Assembly: GCA_028534125.1 (NCBI GenBank)
Contig: CM052816.1
Coordinates: 69,194,001-69,258,000 of the forward strand
Origin: Lama glama
Taxonomy: Eukaryota
Reading direction: 5' to 3'
DNA length: 64,000 bases
Shown here: positions 52,535 to 64,000 of the stretch, one piece after another
Numbering within the stretch: position 1 is the first letter of the stretch
How the letters are laid out: each line of letters begins with the position of its first letter
Translations under genes and position numbers: made by a program
Notes under the pieces: generated by a model
Database searches by the model: none
Told to the model about the DNA's origin: nothing
The model's input: only the letters and a program-made list of their open reading frames with translations

Positions 52535-53052
52535 TTAAATGCAGAGTAAAATATACCTCCAATAGGCTCATGGAACAGAAAAGGAGCATTAGGGGAAAAC
52601 TGAGGAAATCTGACTAAAGCATGGACATTATAGTTAATAATGTATCAGTGTTGGTTCATTAACTGTCACAAATGTAACTTACTAGTGTGAAATGCTAGTA
52701 AAAGGGCAAATTCGGTATTTATATTTTAAAGAAATCTAAATTCTTTAGATTTAAAACTTCCAAAATAAAAAGTCTATATAAAAATGTATTTATATATATT
52801 TTATATTATATACTATGTAATATTTTATGCACTAGATATATATTATACCTATATATCTTCAGTAGATTTGCTTTCAAATAGCCTATAATCCAAGGGACAA
52901 GGAGGAATATTGGCAGGGTATAGAGGAAACAAGATTGGTTATAACTCAGTAACTGTTGAAACTGGGTGGTGGACACATGGATGGATATATTATATTATCC
53001 CTTCTACTTTCATACATGTTTGGAATCCTCCATAAGAAAAAAGTTCAAAAAT
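52535..53052 (+). mobile_element. Old L1 (L1MC-like) 3' fragments
   Basis: ggaacagaaaaggagcattaggggaaaactgaggaaatctg...aactgttgaaactgggtggtggacacatgg. Confidence 0.65.
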
Positions 53053-53599
53053 GTATACCCCCATTAAATTGAGAACTTAGAAGAAGAAATATAAAGTATA
53101 TGAACTCCAGCCCTGGCCACTTTTTTACTACATGAGTGTATGCACACCTTGCAGCTGAAGAGTAGCATATTTTATTAGAGCTAAGGAATGTGGTCTTCCC
53201 ATTTTGTAGGGCAAGTCAATGGTATTGACGTGTCGAATCACGTGCTTCAGGGGCTTTCCTTTCAGGGGGATGCATTATATTAGGCTGACCTAATGGCCTA
53301 CCCCATGGCCCCTTTGAACAATGGCAAACACTGGCATCTTCGACAGGGTCAGAGCCAATGGAGCCATAGTTTTGGAAGAATATTTTTCCCTATGTGATGT
53401 TAGGGTAGGCAGCTTAAGTTCTGGATTTGATCTAGTTAAAAGCTCCTTAGTCATCTATGACATGAAGTGGGGACTGATAAGCTTCTCTGCACTTTGCCTG
53501 CCATGCCCATCATTGTTGCTAGAACAGTGCCATAAGCAGACAGTAGCCATTAGTAAGACAGCACCCAGTGATCTTCCTCTAAGAGCACTCCATTAAGCT

Positions 53600-54215
53600 T
53601 CTCCTCCTCCTGCATCCTTCTTAACTGAACAGTACCAGCAACCATCCAGGCTCCCAAGTAAGATACCTGGGAGCCATTCATCTTTGACACCCAAATCTCC
53701 TTAATCTTCTAGAATCCAACCAGACCTCAAGTTCTGCAGGTTCTACCACCTTCTCTTCTCTCAAATCTATTCTCACCTCTCCATCCTTGTTGCCCATTCA
53801 AAGTTCAAACTCACTCAAATAATCACCTGGATTATTTCTTGGTCTTCTATCCCTGTTTTCAACCTCTGATACCCACTTCAATGCTGCCATGAAGATGAGT
53901 GATATGATCATCTCACTCATTTCTGGGAACTTCCTCAATGTTGTCCCATAATCTTCCGAATGAAGAGTTTGCTTCTTTGGAACACAGGGTTGATTATAAC
54001 CAGGCCTCTGCCCACCTCTCCTTCCTTTTATGCCCCTTTCCTCCAAGTTCAACTGCTTGTAGTTTCCAGAATGTGCCAGGTGGTGTCATATATCTTTGCT
54101 CCATGGTCCCCTCCTTCTAGCATGCTCTGTTTATACCTGTCCTCTCAGTGGACACCTCTATATCTTTGAAGACTGAGTTCAAGCACCATGCCTTAAAGAA
54201 AGCTGTCCTGATCAG
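53600..54215 (+). mobile_element. L2 fragment
   Basis: cagtaccagcaaccatccaggctcccaag...gaagactgagttcaagcacc. Confidence 0.55.
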
Positions 54216-54551
54216 GACCTGCCACAGAGGTGAGTGTGGGATAAATCCAGCCCACATTCTACTCACCAAATCCCATGTTCTAGTGTGGGAACCAAATGAG
54301 CCCAGAGGATGAGGCTCCAATTTACAAAAAGGTATCTTACATGCTGGCTGCCAACTCTCCTGCCTAAGTTCAATCTACCACTCCTTCTTTTGCATCCCCA
54401 CTATAATCTATTCATACAGCCACTTAATGGAGATGAGACAGATTTGAATCCATAGCCCACACAGGGCAATGCTATCTCTTTTCTGCCTTGTAACTGCTGC
54501 ACCTAGCACAGAACCTGACACGTATTAGGCACTTAATAAACAATTATTGAG

Positions 54552-54719
54552 GGAGGAAGGGTATAGCTCAAGTGGTAGAGCACATGCTTAGCATGCTCAA
54601 GGTCCTGGATTCAATCCCCAGTACCTCCTCTGAGAATAAAGAAATAAATATACCTAATTATCTCCCCTTCCAAAAAAAATGCTGAACAAATAAATCACTG
54701 TCCAAGAAATATTTTTAAA
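54552..54719 (+). mobile_element. Camelid tRNA-Ala-derived SINE (Vic-1-like, long form)
   Basis: gggtatagctcaagtggtagagcacatgcttagcatgctcaaggtcctggattcaatcccc (A and B boxes); TSD AATTATTGAG at 54542-54551 and 54720-54729; inserted in an L2 tail. Confidence 0.92.
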
Positions 54720-56827
54720 AATTATTGAGTAAATGAAGCCATAAATAAAGCACTAGTCCAGAGCACTATATTGTTATATATTATTTAAGCACAATTTGCA
54801 AACAAACCATGTGTTAGAATATCAGAATTTCACATCTGACAAAGCATGGCCTGGTTCAGTAAGCCATACTGGTAAATCTTCAGATCATGACTAATGATCT
54901 CAAGATCCTCATTAGAGGCATCCTCAAGAAGAGGCAGAGGCCACTGCTTCAAACCACCAGTCCCCAAATCACTTCAGAAAGGCAGTACAGCCGGGAGGGC
55001 TCACAACAGGAGGCCTGTTGAAAACAAGCTGTGGTTTCACCCTGTGTTTGGATTTCTGTGCAGGGAAGGGCACTTCCTCTTGCATTTGTTAGAGCCAAAT
55101 AACACATTCTGGGTGGAGAGGACTGCGGTTGTAAACCAAGTGTTGGACACAGGAAAAGGTGGCAGCGTCCTAGAACTGGCTGAATACAGAGCTTGAAGCA
55201 AGTACTTGTGTGGCAGGCAACCAAGGGTTGGGGATTGCTTTTGCTGCATCATTTTCTGCTGGGATTGCAATATGAGGGAGGCCTTGTTCATTTGTGTATA
55301 GTCTGTTATGCTTGGCAACACCCTCTAGTTAGCACTGGTTGAATACTTGCGAACTTGTGAGTTCTTCGGAAGAGAGGAGAATACAAAAAGATTTCAAGGC
55401 TTTCTTTGTCTTCCCCTTGTTGTAGTTAACTTAGGGGAGTGGGAAGCAGTCAGCTGTGGACCCAGGCACTGTCTATAGAGAAGTAGACACACCACGAGCA
55501 TGAGGCAAGCTGAGTCCTTGTCTGTTTCACTTCCACGATAGTATTCACCACCAAGGCTATTTTGGTCTATTTTAAGGAAGAAGAAGATCAGACTCTAGAA
55601 AGCCATTTCAGAAAAGCAGTAGGAAAGAAGAAGAAGACAAAGAAGGAGAAGAAGAAGAAATAATTAAAGCCATATTAATTATAGAGAGAAATAAAAATTT
55701 GGATTTTGTTAGAAACAATGTTCCCATTCTCAATACTGTCAAATTCATAAAAATTGGGAGAAGAAAATCATTCTGGGTTTTTGCATGCACAGGGCATTTA
55801 TTCTCCCTCCCATTTCTTAATTTGGCATTTTCTTTTTTCAAGTACCAAATCCAGTAAATGTTCTTTAAATGGAAAGAAAAAAAGCATTAATGAATGCCAG
55901 AAAACAGTTTCCCAGCTAGCCAGCCAAACCACAAATATCCAAAAATGTGATTTCATTTTTAATAATCTAATGAACTGAAGAATATCAAATAGAAATATAA
56001 AGAGAAGAGGAAGATACATTCTAAATATCTATCAAAAGGATTTCCAACTTTAGATTGTTCAGAGAAGACAGATAAATAGAAATAGCTAATCAACGATGGA
56101 ATTTGAAACCCAATGTCGACAAAATTGAGAAGATATTAGAGTTCAATGAATGCTAAATCCTCATATAGACTTAATTGGTCACCTACACCAAGTCTCTTGA
56201 AATACACTCACTATTCAGCATCTACATTGTCCTCATCTGTAAAATGGAGCCAAGAAGCCTACATTATAAACTGAGAAACTAAAGATGGCATAAGGTGATG
56301 ACATTAGTGCTGGAATCTGTGTTTTCTAAGCATCAACTCTTCCTCTGGGAGGCTGTTAGGCTGACTAAGCCCACAACGGATGGCCTCTGCATCTCTGAAG
56401 CTAGAAGAAGAAGCAAGATAATCCATAATTACTTGGGTGACATCTCTTGCAAGAAGTTTTCTTAAACCTGCTCCATAGCCCAGGAGGGAAGGCTTAGATT
56501 CCTCATCTGTTTTCCCCAAACATCTGAGCATCTCTCTCTTGTTGCATGTAAACAGTTACTGTAATGCAATGCTTACATGTCTCCCTTGTTATATTATGAA
56601 CTTGAGAGCCAGGATATCCCTGGTGCCAAGTGTGGTGGTTGGAACATTAATTAACTAATTTACATGGAAGCTTCCTTTCTTTGTATACAAAGAACTCAGG
56701 TCCCTGTAGTTGTTCTACCCTACAATTGTGTGATTCTTATTATGTTTTAGTACTGGCAAGTGGGATGCATTATTCTTATATCTCTTATAAACAGAGAGAC
56801 TGGGCTACGTATACCAACTACATCTAG

Positions 56828-56990
56828 ATCAGCATTTCTCCAACCTCAGTGTGCAAGTATGCATGCAAAGCATGTGGGGATCTTGTTAAATGCACGTTCC
56901 AATTGAGTTGGGCCAGGGAAGGGCCTGAGATTCTACCTCTCTAACCAGCTTCTAGGTAATATCAATGTTCTTAGTCCACAAGATAACAGT
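56828..56990. mobile_element. MER5A-like hAT element
   Basis: ggggatcttgttaaatgc...gggcctgagattctacctctctaaccagcttctaggt. Confidence 0.65.
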
Positions 56991-57294
56991 GAGTTGAGCC
57001 AGATGGAATTTACTGTTCTCTCCTGAAAGTTAAGTCCGGTGATGAGTAGTTTGGGCTGCTGTAGAGGTTCTGCCATGAAATTAAGGGCCCAAGTTTGTTC
57101 TATGTGCTTTACTAGCCTACGTAAGTTTTACAACCTCAGTACTCCTCTTGTCCCAGAATGGCAGCTGCCGCTCTGGCCACTGTGTTAATACTATAGCCAA
57201 GAGAGAAGAGGAAGCACCAAGGACAAATGAGTGCATGGCCAGGTCAGCTCCTCTACCAGAGTTTTCAGGAATAGTCCTGCTTAATAACCTTCAC

Positions 57295-57550
57295 TGTGTA
57301 GGAGAAACTCACTTCTCCTTCCTTGTGTTTCTCCTTTACTCTTACACTACTACCATAGTCACAACAATTCTGACACCAGATGTGTAAGGGTTTTATTCCC
57401 ACCAGCTGCAGCACCAGCTGGGTGTCCTACAATTTAACTCAGTTCTGATACTATCTACCTGGAGATATCATCTGATTTCATAGGCTAAGGGCTCAGTCCT
57501 ACAAGACTGCTCACCCTCCCTCCCATGCCACTACTTCAGACTGTTAACTG
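57295..57550 (-). mobile_element. MER21-family LTR fragment
   Basis: cagctgggtgtcctacaattt...ctatctacctggagat...aagggctcagtcctacaagactgc. Confidence 0.65.
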
Positions 57551-58262
57551 TGACATCAGCTGAGATGCTGGCTCAAGGATGCTGGCAGATCCTTCAGCTT
57601 GTTGTCCCTGAAGTTATGGCTTATAAATAAAGGAGTGAATCCAAAGGGGATGTACTATTTTCCCTGCTCAGAGACAATTCAGTTCATTCCTGGAGTAGAC
57701 TGGAGTCACCCAAGGTGAAGAAATCCCAGCCCATTGATTTTCGTCTGAGCAATCACATTCTTTTCCTGGCTCTTAGCCCAGGACTTGTAGGGACCAGGCA
57801 GGGGCCAAGAAGCAATATACATTCCTGAAAGGGAGGCTTCTTGAATGAATAAAATAATGGTACCTGTTGGTGGCTCACAGACAATGATAGAGATGGGGTG
57901 CTCTCCAAGATGTCTGCCCTGTGTCCTGAATCATGATGTGGAAGACAGGGAAGTGCTAAAGTCTGAAACAGGCAAGAGAAAGACTCATTTGTTTTCCTTC
58001 CCTTCTCCTATCTCAAGGAATTTACCCCTTCAAAATTTTAGTCTCAGGATGGTGAGTAGCTATAGTGTGTTCATCTATTACTACTAGTACTACTAGGACT
58101 TCATTCCTTAAAAATAATTTATGTAAATTAACCAAAAGTAGTTTTTCTTTACAAATATAATATGATCTATCTATATTAGTTCCACCATAGGATTTGGGAC
58201 CGGGGGGGAAGGAAGAGAGTAGTCCATGAATCTACATGTGTGTCAAGCATTGTTATAAATCA

Positions 58263-58345
58263 GTGTTTATATATATATATATATATAAACACATATATAT
58301 ATATATATATGTTTATATATATATATATATATGTTTATATATATA
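58263..58345. repeat. Interrupted (TA)n microsatellite
   Basis: (AT)n runs separated by aaacac and gttt. Confidence 0.95.
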
Positions 58346-61059
58346 AAACTATTTTTCAAGTTCTATAGATGTGGTTTTGATTAATAAAATGCAAATTTAT
58401 TTTTAAATGTGACTGAATTTTTAATTGAGGAAACATATTATGGAAAAAAGCGATCACTGGATACTAAAAATACAACCATTAGATGACAGTGTGCAAAAAC
58501 TTTGAATATCAAATAGACATCCTTATACTTGGACATGTTGGGACCCTCTATTCTATACTATCAGGGAATTAACATTTCTACAAATTTCTATTTGGTTTTT
58601 TTTCTATTGGGTTGGATCTAGAAGTTGGTTTTTCTATCCCATTCATCTCAAAAAATGTGGAGTAATTGGGTGGACCCTAGTAAAGGAATGAATCCACAGA
58701 TGAGAAAAAAATTTTTCAAGTTTGAGAAGTCAAAGAAGTTGATACCTGGTTCCTTTTGGCCTCATGTGCCTGAATTTCACAACGGACTTGCAGAGAAGCA
58801 TGCTTCATACACTCATAAATTAGTTACTGAATGTATACCACTTACAAGACATTGTTCTAGATGCCTAGAATACAACAGCAAATAAGAGCAGAAAATGCCT
58901 GGTTCTTGAAGCATGAAATCCTTTTTATGACTTGGTAGGTGAGAAAAAATGCTTTTGATGTTTTCCAGATAAATATGATGTTTCCCAGCTAAATCACCAC
59001 TCCACCTTTGGCAGTAAGATGAAGACTTTAGGACCAGAAAATGTTTACATGTAACTAAAGGATTCTGCAAACCCATTGCTAAATCTTGGCATGCTATCAC
59101 TTGCAGTCATCTAATTCAATTCTCCTTCAGAAAATAGTGAAACCAACTCTGAACATCTAGAATCACTGGAAATCTCATCACCCTCTTCCAGGATGATGTT
59201 AGATATCATCAAATGAAACATTCATTTCTGAAGTCAACACTAATTTTAAAAAAGCCCACATTTATTTCTCAGAAACTTCCTAAAGGCATTTTACTTTTAA
59301 AATGTCTCATAGGGTCTTGTGAGGAAGTTCATCAGAGCCATTCAGAGGGTGCAGTGAATTGGGTGCAGTGAATACAAAACCTTACATTCTGCCGTACAGG
59401 GACTCCTAGAAGGAGTTCCAAGAGGCATTTGGGATGATGGAGGATCCAAATAGCTGGTTCTTTAAAAAAAAAAAAAAGACTTGAGACTCAGATGTAAATA
59501 CATGCACACATGACTAGCCTATTAATAAACATTAGTATCAGTCATTAGCAACAGAAGGAAGAATAACAAACGGTTCATAGAAACACAGGTTTTATTGCCT
59601 GCCCAATGGCTTCTCCAAAACTTAAAGCCATTCTTCATCCCCACCCTGAAGTCTTGGCCCAGTTATCAGAGAATGCAGATGTGACTGCCCCTGTTCCTTT
59701 CTTCTTCCTCACTTCATTCAACAAATGCTGAACAGGTCAGGCCCTGGACTAAGTCTAGGGATACAAGGCAGGACCCCAAAACAAAGGATGGATCATCCCT
59801 CAGAGAACTTTAATTCCCTGGTGTCTCTTCAGGGATGACCCCTCTGGGATGGCCCCAATTCCAGCCCCACCCATCACCCCACCAACTACCCTCCATTCCA
59901 CCTAGCCAGGAAACTAGAGAGCTCCCCTTCACTTTCTGTGCTGAGGTTCCAGGCATGATTTCATTCAGGAAAAAAAAAAGTTCTGCTTTTTATAATACTA
60001 TTGAAAGCTTCTGGTCTCTTTCATAGCCATTGGATTCGAGTAGTGTATGTTTATATATATGTATATACATATATATATATAAAATGCTTTGATATACAAT
60101 ATATTGTAATACATAATATTAATATATTATTATTTATAATAATATGTTAAGATATAACAGGAATTCTGAGCCAAACTGGACAGTGTGCAGCCACTCCTGT
60201 GGAAGGACCCACCTGCACTGCTCTGGCCTGACACTGGTGAGGAGCAAGGTGGTACTGTATCCTTGGATGAAGTCTCATGACAAGAAACAGAGAGGTGAGT
60301 GCACACTGAGCTTGGGAACTGCTTTTTATTTTCACCTGATTTTTTTTTTAATCAACCTGATTTTAATGGACAGATTTTGAGGTTTTATTATGCAACCCAA
60401 CCCCACACCATCCTGGAGGGCTTTAGGAGAACCTTCTCTTGGGTTGCCACCACAGTTCCTTTCTGTCATTATGACAGGGAGAAGCTGGGAGACTTTATGG
60501 ATCTTTTTTAAAGTCCATCCAATGATCCCCTGCTGGGAGTTACTTTTTGCCTTGTCAGGACTGTTCTGGGCAATCCAGGACCTCCTAGAGGGCCAGTACC
60601 TAAGGTAGGAGACCCTATATCCACTGACAGTGGTGATCCTTCTTCTCCCAAGGCGTGGGCCTTATAATTTAAAAAAGTGTTTGAGGTTGGGCTTCTCTGA
60701 CCCTTGCTCATTTTACCAGGGTACATGTTGGACAACATATTGAATTTAGGTACTGAAACCTGAGGCCCATAGTTACTGTATTTCATTCACTTTTAAAAAC
60801 GTATTTCCAATTAGATTCCCTGCAGAACTCTGCTGAAGGAGCAGCACCTCCTCAGCCGCAGCCTGGCCCATAGCCCATCCTCACTCATTACCCAACATCA
60901 TTTTGTCCTCACATAACCTTGGTCAGCCTCATCACTAAACTCTAAGAGGCCCCTCCAGAAAGCCTGCAGAACACTTCTCTTCTGGGAGTGACTAAGCAGA
61001 GCTTAATCAGGCCCAGATGAGATTTGTTTCTTGGAGAGTGCACATCCTTGTGGATTCCA

Positions 61060-61290
61060 GGATAGACCTGGACCCATAGGGTGCAAGTTTGAATCTTGGG
61101 TATACAACTTTACTTTGAATAAGTTACTAAATATCCCTGGTCCCTGTATTCTTATCTGCAAAATAAAAGTTTAAAATAGTCCTTACTTCCTAGTGTTGCT
61201 TAAGGATTTAAATGAGAGAAGGTGTGCTATATGTTTAAGCTATACCTGACACATAATAAGTCATCAATAGACATTAGATACTGTTATTTT
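61060..61290 (+). mobile_element. MIR
   Basis: gtttgaatcttggg...tcttatctgcaaaat...aaggatttaaatgag...cctgacacataataagtcatcaata. Confidence 0.65.
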
Positions 61291-61760
61291 GGCAAGTGCT
61301 GGTATTGACATTGGCTTTGCCACATTCATCCATCTGCTCATTTAAAAGGTATTTATTGAACGCCTATGATATATCAGCTATTATGATCAGCCACAAGATA
61401 AGGATTGCCATTTTACACAAATTATAAATACATATACAGATTTTAATGTGTTAGCTCTTCTGAATTTTTTTAACATGATAAACCTGCATTTAAAATGCTC
61501 ATCTCCCCAGATTCCTGATTTAAAAGTTTTATTTCCCCAGTTAAGAAAGCCTCCAGTGGCCAATCCACCAAGACTTCTGAGAGCAAAGTTTCACTGTCAG
61601 CTTCAAGAGGACCAAGTTAGGAAATTCATGGCAGGACTTTTAAATTTTCATTTCCAATTAGGTTTTACAAAATGTAGACATTATTTTTCTCTACATTTAT
61701 ATTCCCCTCTATCGAGATAAATACTGTCTAAATGAACCATATTAAAATAAATAAAAGGTA

Positions 61761-62834
61761 TTGAACCAGCTCCTAGAATAATGAAAATAAAAGCAAAAAT
61801 AAACAAATGGGACCTAATTAAACTTAAAAGCTTTTGCGCAGCTAAGGATACCATTAACTAAATGAAAAGACAACATACAGAATGGGAGAAAATATTTGCA
61901 AGTGATGTGACCGACAAGAGACTAATTTCCAAAATATATAAACAGCTCATACAGCTTAATATCAAAAAACAAACAACTGAATCAAAAAATGAGCAGAAGA
62001 CCTAGATAGACATCTCTCCAAAGAAGACATCCAGACAGCCAACAAGCACGTGAAAAGATGCTCAACATCACTAATTGTTAGAAAAATGCAAATCAAAACT
62101 ACAATGAAATATCACCTCACACCAGTCAGTATGGCCATTATTAAAAAGCCTACAAATGATAAATGTTGGAGAAGGTGTGAAGAAAAAGAAACCTTCCTAC
62201 ACTGTTGATGGGAATGAAAATTGGTGCAGCCACTATGAAGGACAGTATGGAAGTTCCTTAAAAAACTAAAAATAAACTTACTATATGATCTAGCAATCCC
62301 AATCCTAGGCATATATCCAGAGAAAAATATAATTTGAAGGCACATGCATCCCAATATTCATGGTAGCACTATTTACAATAGCCATGAAAGACATGGAAAC
62401 AACCTAAATGTCCATTGACAGATAAATGGATAAAGAAGATGTGGTATATTTAAACAATGGAATACTACTCAGCCATAAAAAGGATAAAATAATGCCATTT
62501 GCAGCAACATGGATGGACCTAGAGATTGTCATTCTAAGAGAGGTAAGCCAGAAAGAGAAAGAAAAATACCATATGATATGACTTATATGTGGGATCTTAA
62601 AAAAAAAGGACAGAAATGAACTTATCTACAAAACAGAAGCAGACTCACATAGAGAATAAACTTATGGTAAGGGGGTAAAAGGGGTGGGAAAGGATAAACT
62701 GGGAATTCAAAAATTGCACCTCTTGGGGAGTCGTGGTTTCATAGGTGTATATATCTATCAAAATACATCAAAATGTATATCTGAAATATGTGTAGTTTAT
62801 TGTATAGAAATTATACCACAATAAAGGTGTTAAA
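61761..62834 (+). mobile_element. Chimeric L1: young ORF2 end and 3'UTR joined to an ancient L1M 3' terminus
   Basis: Young L1 text to about 62718, then gtggtttcataggtgtatatatctatcaaaatac...ttataccacaataaag; AAAAGGTA at 61753-61760 and 62835-62842. Confidence 0.85.
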
Positions 62835-62954
62835 AAAAGGTAAAAATATATTTAAAAGACAGACATTATGTCTTGACAGATTTACTGCTCTGGTAGCTGG
62901 TCCTGGGGAGGGGAGGGTCCCTACTTCCAGCCTTCAAGGGATTCATGGTTACAA

Positions 62955-63200
62955 AGTCAGGTCCTAGAGGAATGTGGCCAGGTTTCAAATCCCAGCTTCT
63001 AACATTCTTCCTGGGTGACCTTAGGCAAGTTGCTGACTCTCTCTGTGCTCTGTTTTCCTGATCTATAAAGGCAGGCAATAAAAATACCTACTCTGCAAGA
63101 ATGTTAGGGGACTGAAATCAACTAATACATCTAAAACATCAGTTAGTAACAAAATATAATAAAACAAAACATCAGTAAGTGCATAATAAATATTAGCTAT
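62955..63200 (+). mobile_element. MIR
   Basis: ttcaaatcccagcttct...gggtgaccttaggcaagttgctgactctctctgtgctctgttttcctgatctataaa. Confidence 0.75.
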
Positions 63201-64000
63201 CAGTGCCAGTCACTGATCAACAATTTTTCCCCAAGAGTCAGTCTTGTAGATACAGATTTCCTCCTAAAAGGAGAATTCTTCACCAAACTTTTAAAATTCC
63301 ACAAAATCCTATTCAGCTGTCCCATGTTTCATTAAATATGAGGAGTAATATCCATTTTTAGACATGACAGCTGAGGCTCCAGGAGTTGTTCTCTAAGTTT
63401 ATAAAACTTACAGGTATGTCAGAAAAATAGCACAAATTCACATCATCTGACTCCAATTCCAAGGCTTTTTTTTTTTTTTTGACCTTTGTATACCAATGGG
63501 CCAGGGAAAAAAATGACCAAGTTCTTACAAAAAAACCATAAACTTTTCAGAAAGTACCTCTGGCAGGATACTTTTAAGTCATTAAAGTCAACATGCAGCC
63601 ATTCTTCAAGAAAGCTCCATGTAGAATTAGAAAACAAATAGGTATAGAATTCCAAAATAGGCAATCACAGTAGGTGTAAGAATCATAAAGCCAGTTTTGT
63701 CAGAGATTGTGCAATAGAGGGAAACATACTCTGCCTCTCCAATCCATCAGTTTGAAAACTGGGTGAAGTCTTAACAGAAATTGGAGAGCAGTCCAGGGTT
63801 TCCTGCTGGATGAAGATAAAGCAGCAGACCAGTGAGAACAGCCCGCTAGCCTCTGACTTGGGCTGGCTCAGCAGGGATCTGTAGAAGAGAAGCCATTCAA
63901 AAGTTATACAGAACATGGAGACCCTCCAGAGGGCCAGGGACCATGGTAGGCACTTTACACATTACCCTAGTAATTCTGTATGTTAGAGGGCCAGAGCCAA

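Noticed and set aside
52732..52752. Hairpin AAATCTAAA-TTC-TTTAGATTT
   Set aside because: Short AT-rich inverted repeat within a decayed L1; too weak to suggest a structured RNA.
54552..54628. tRNA-Ala(AGC)-like sequence (also at 22670-22740 and 52438-52510 on the minus strand)
   Set aside because: Degenerate stems, A-rich tails and TSDs show these are SINE heads, not tRNA genes.
1..64000. Prokaryotic-style systems (CRISPR arrays, operons, rRNA) or a NUMT
   Set aside because: No regularly spaced repeat-spacer array, gene-dense block or mitochondrial-like sequence seen; the window is mammalian repeat-rich DNA.

Overview
This 64 kb window is mammalian intergenic or intronic DNA, most likely camelid: it carries three tRNA-Ala-derived Vic-1-type SINEs and cetartiodactyl-type L1 3' ends. 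No intact protein-coding gene is visible. The six-frame ORFs are short, repeat-derived or artefacts of a 500-N gap at 35802-36301. A large part of the window is interspersed repeats: MIR, L2, L3/CR1, HAL1, old and young L1, hAT-Charlie elements, and many MaLR and ERVL solo LTRs. Family names come from my recall of consensus sequences, not from a search. The most notable signal is a CpG-retaining domain at about 15.6-17.5 kb. It contains an ancient MER76-like ERVL LTR with about 31 CpGs, YY1, tandem NRF1 and GC-box motifs and a splice donor, followed by a textbook splice acceptor and a second CpG-rich block. This is a candidate exapted LTR promoter driving a spliced, probably non-coding, transcript. 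Other observations are an L1-type retrocopy of an LTR 3' end, a TSD-flanked chimeric L1, a micro-inversion inside an old L1, an L1 lacking ORF2, a 44-bp tandem duplication, and two motif-defined enhancer candidates. I do not see convincing evidence for a wholly new biological system.
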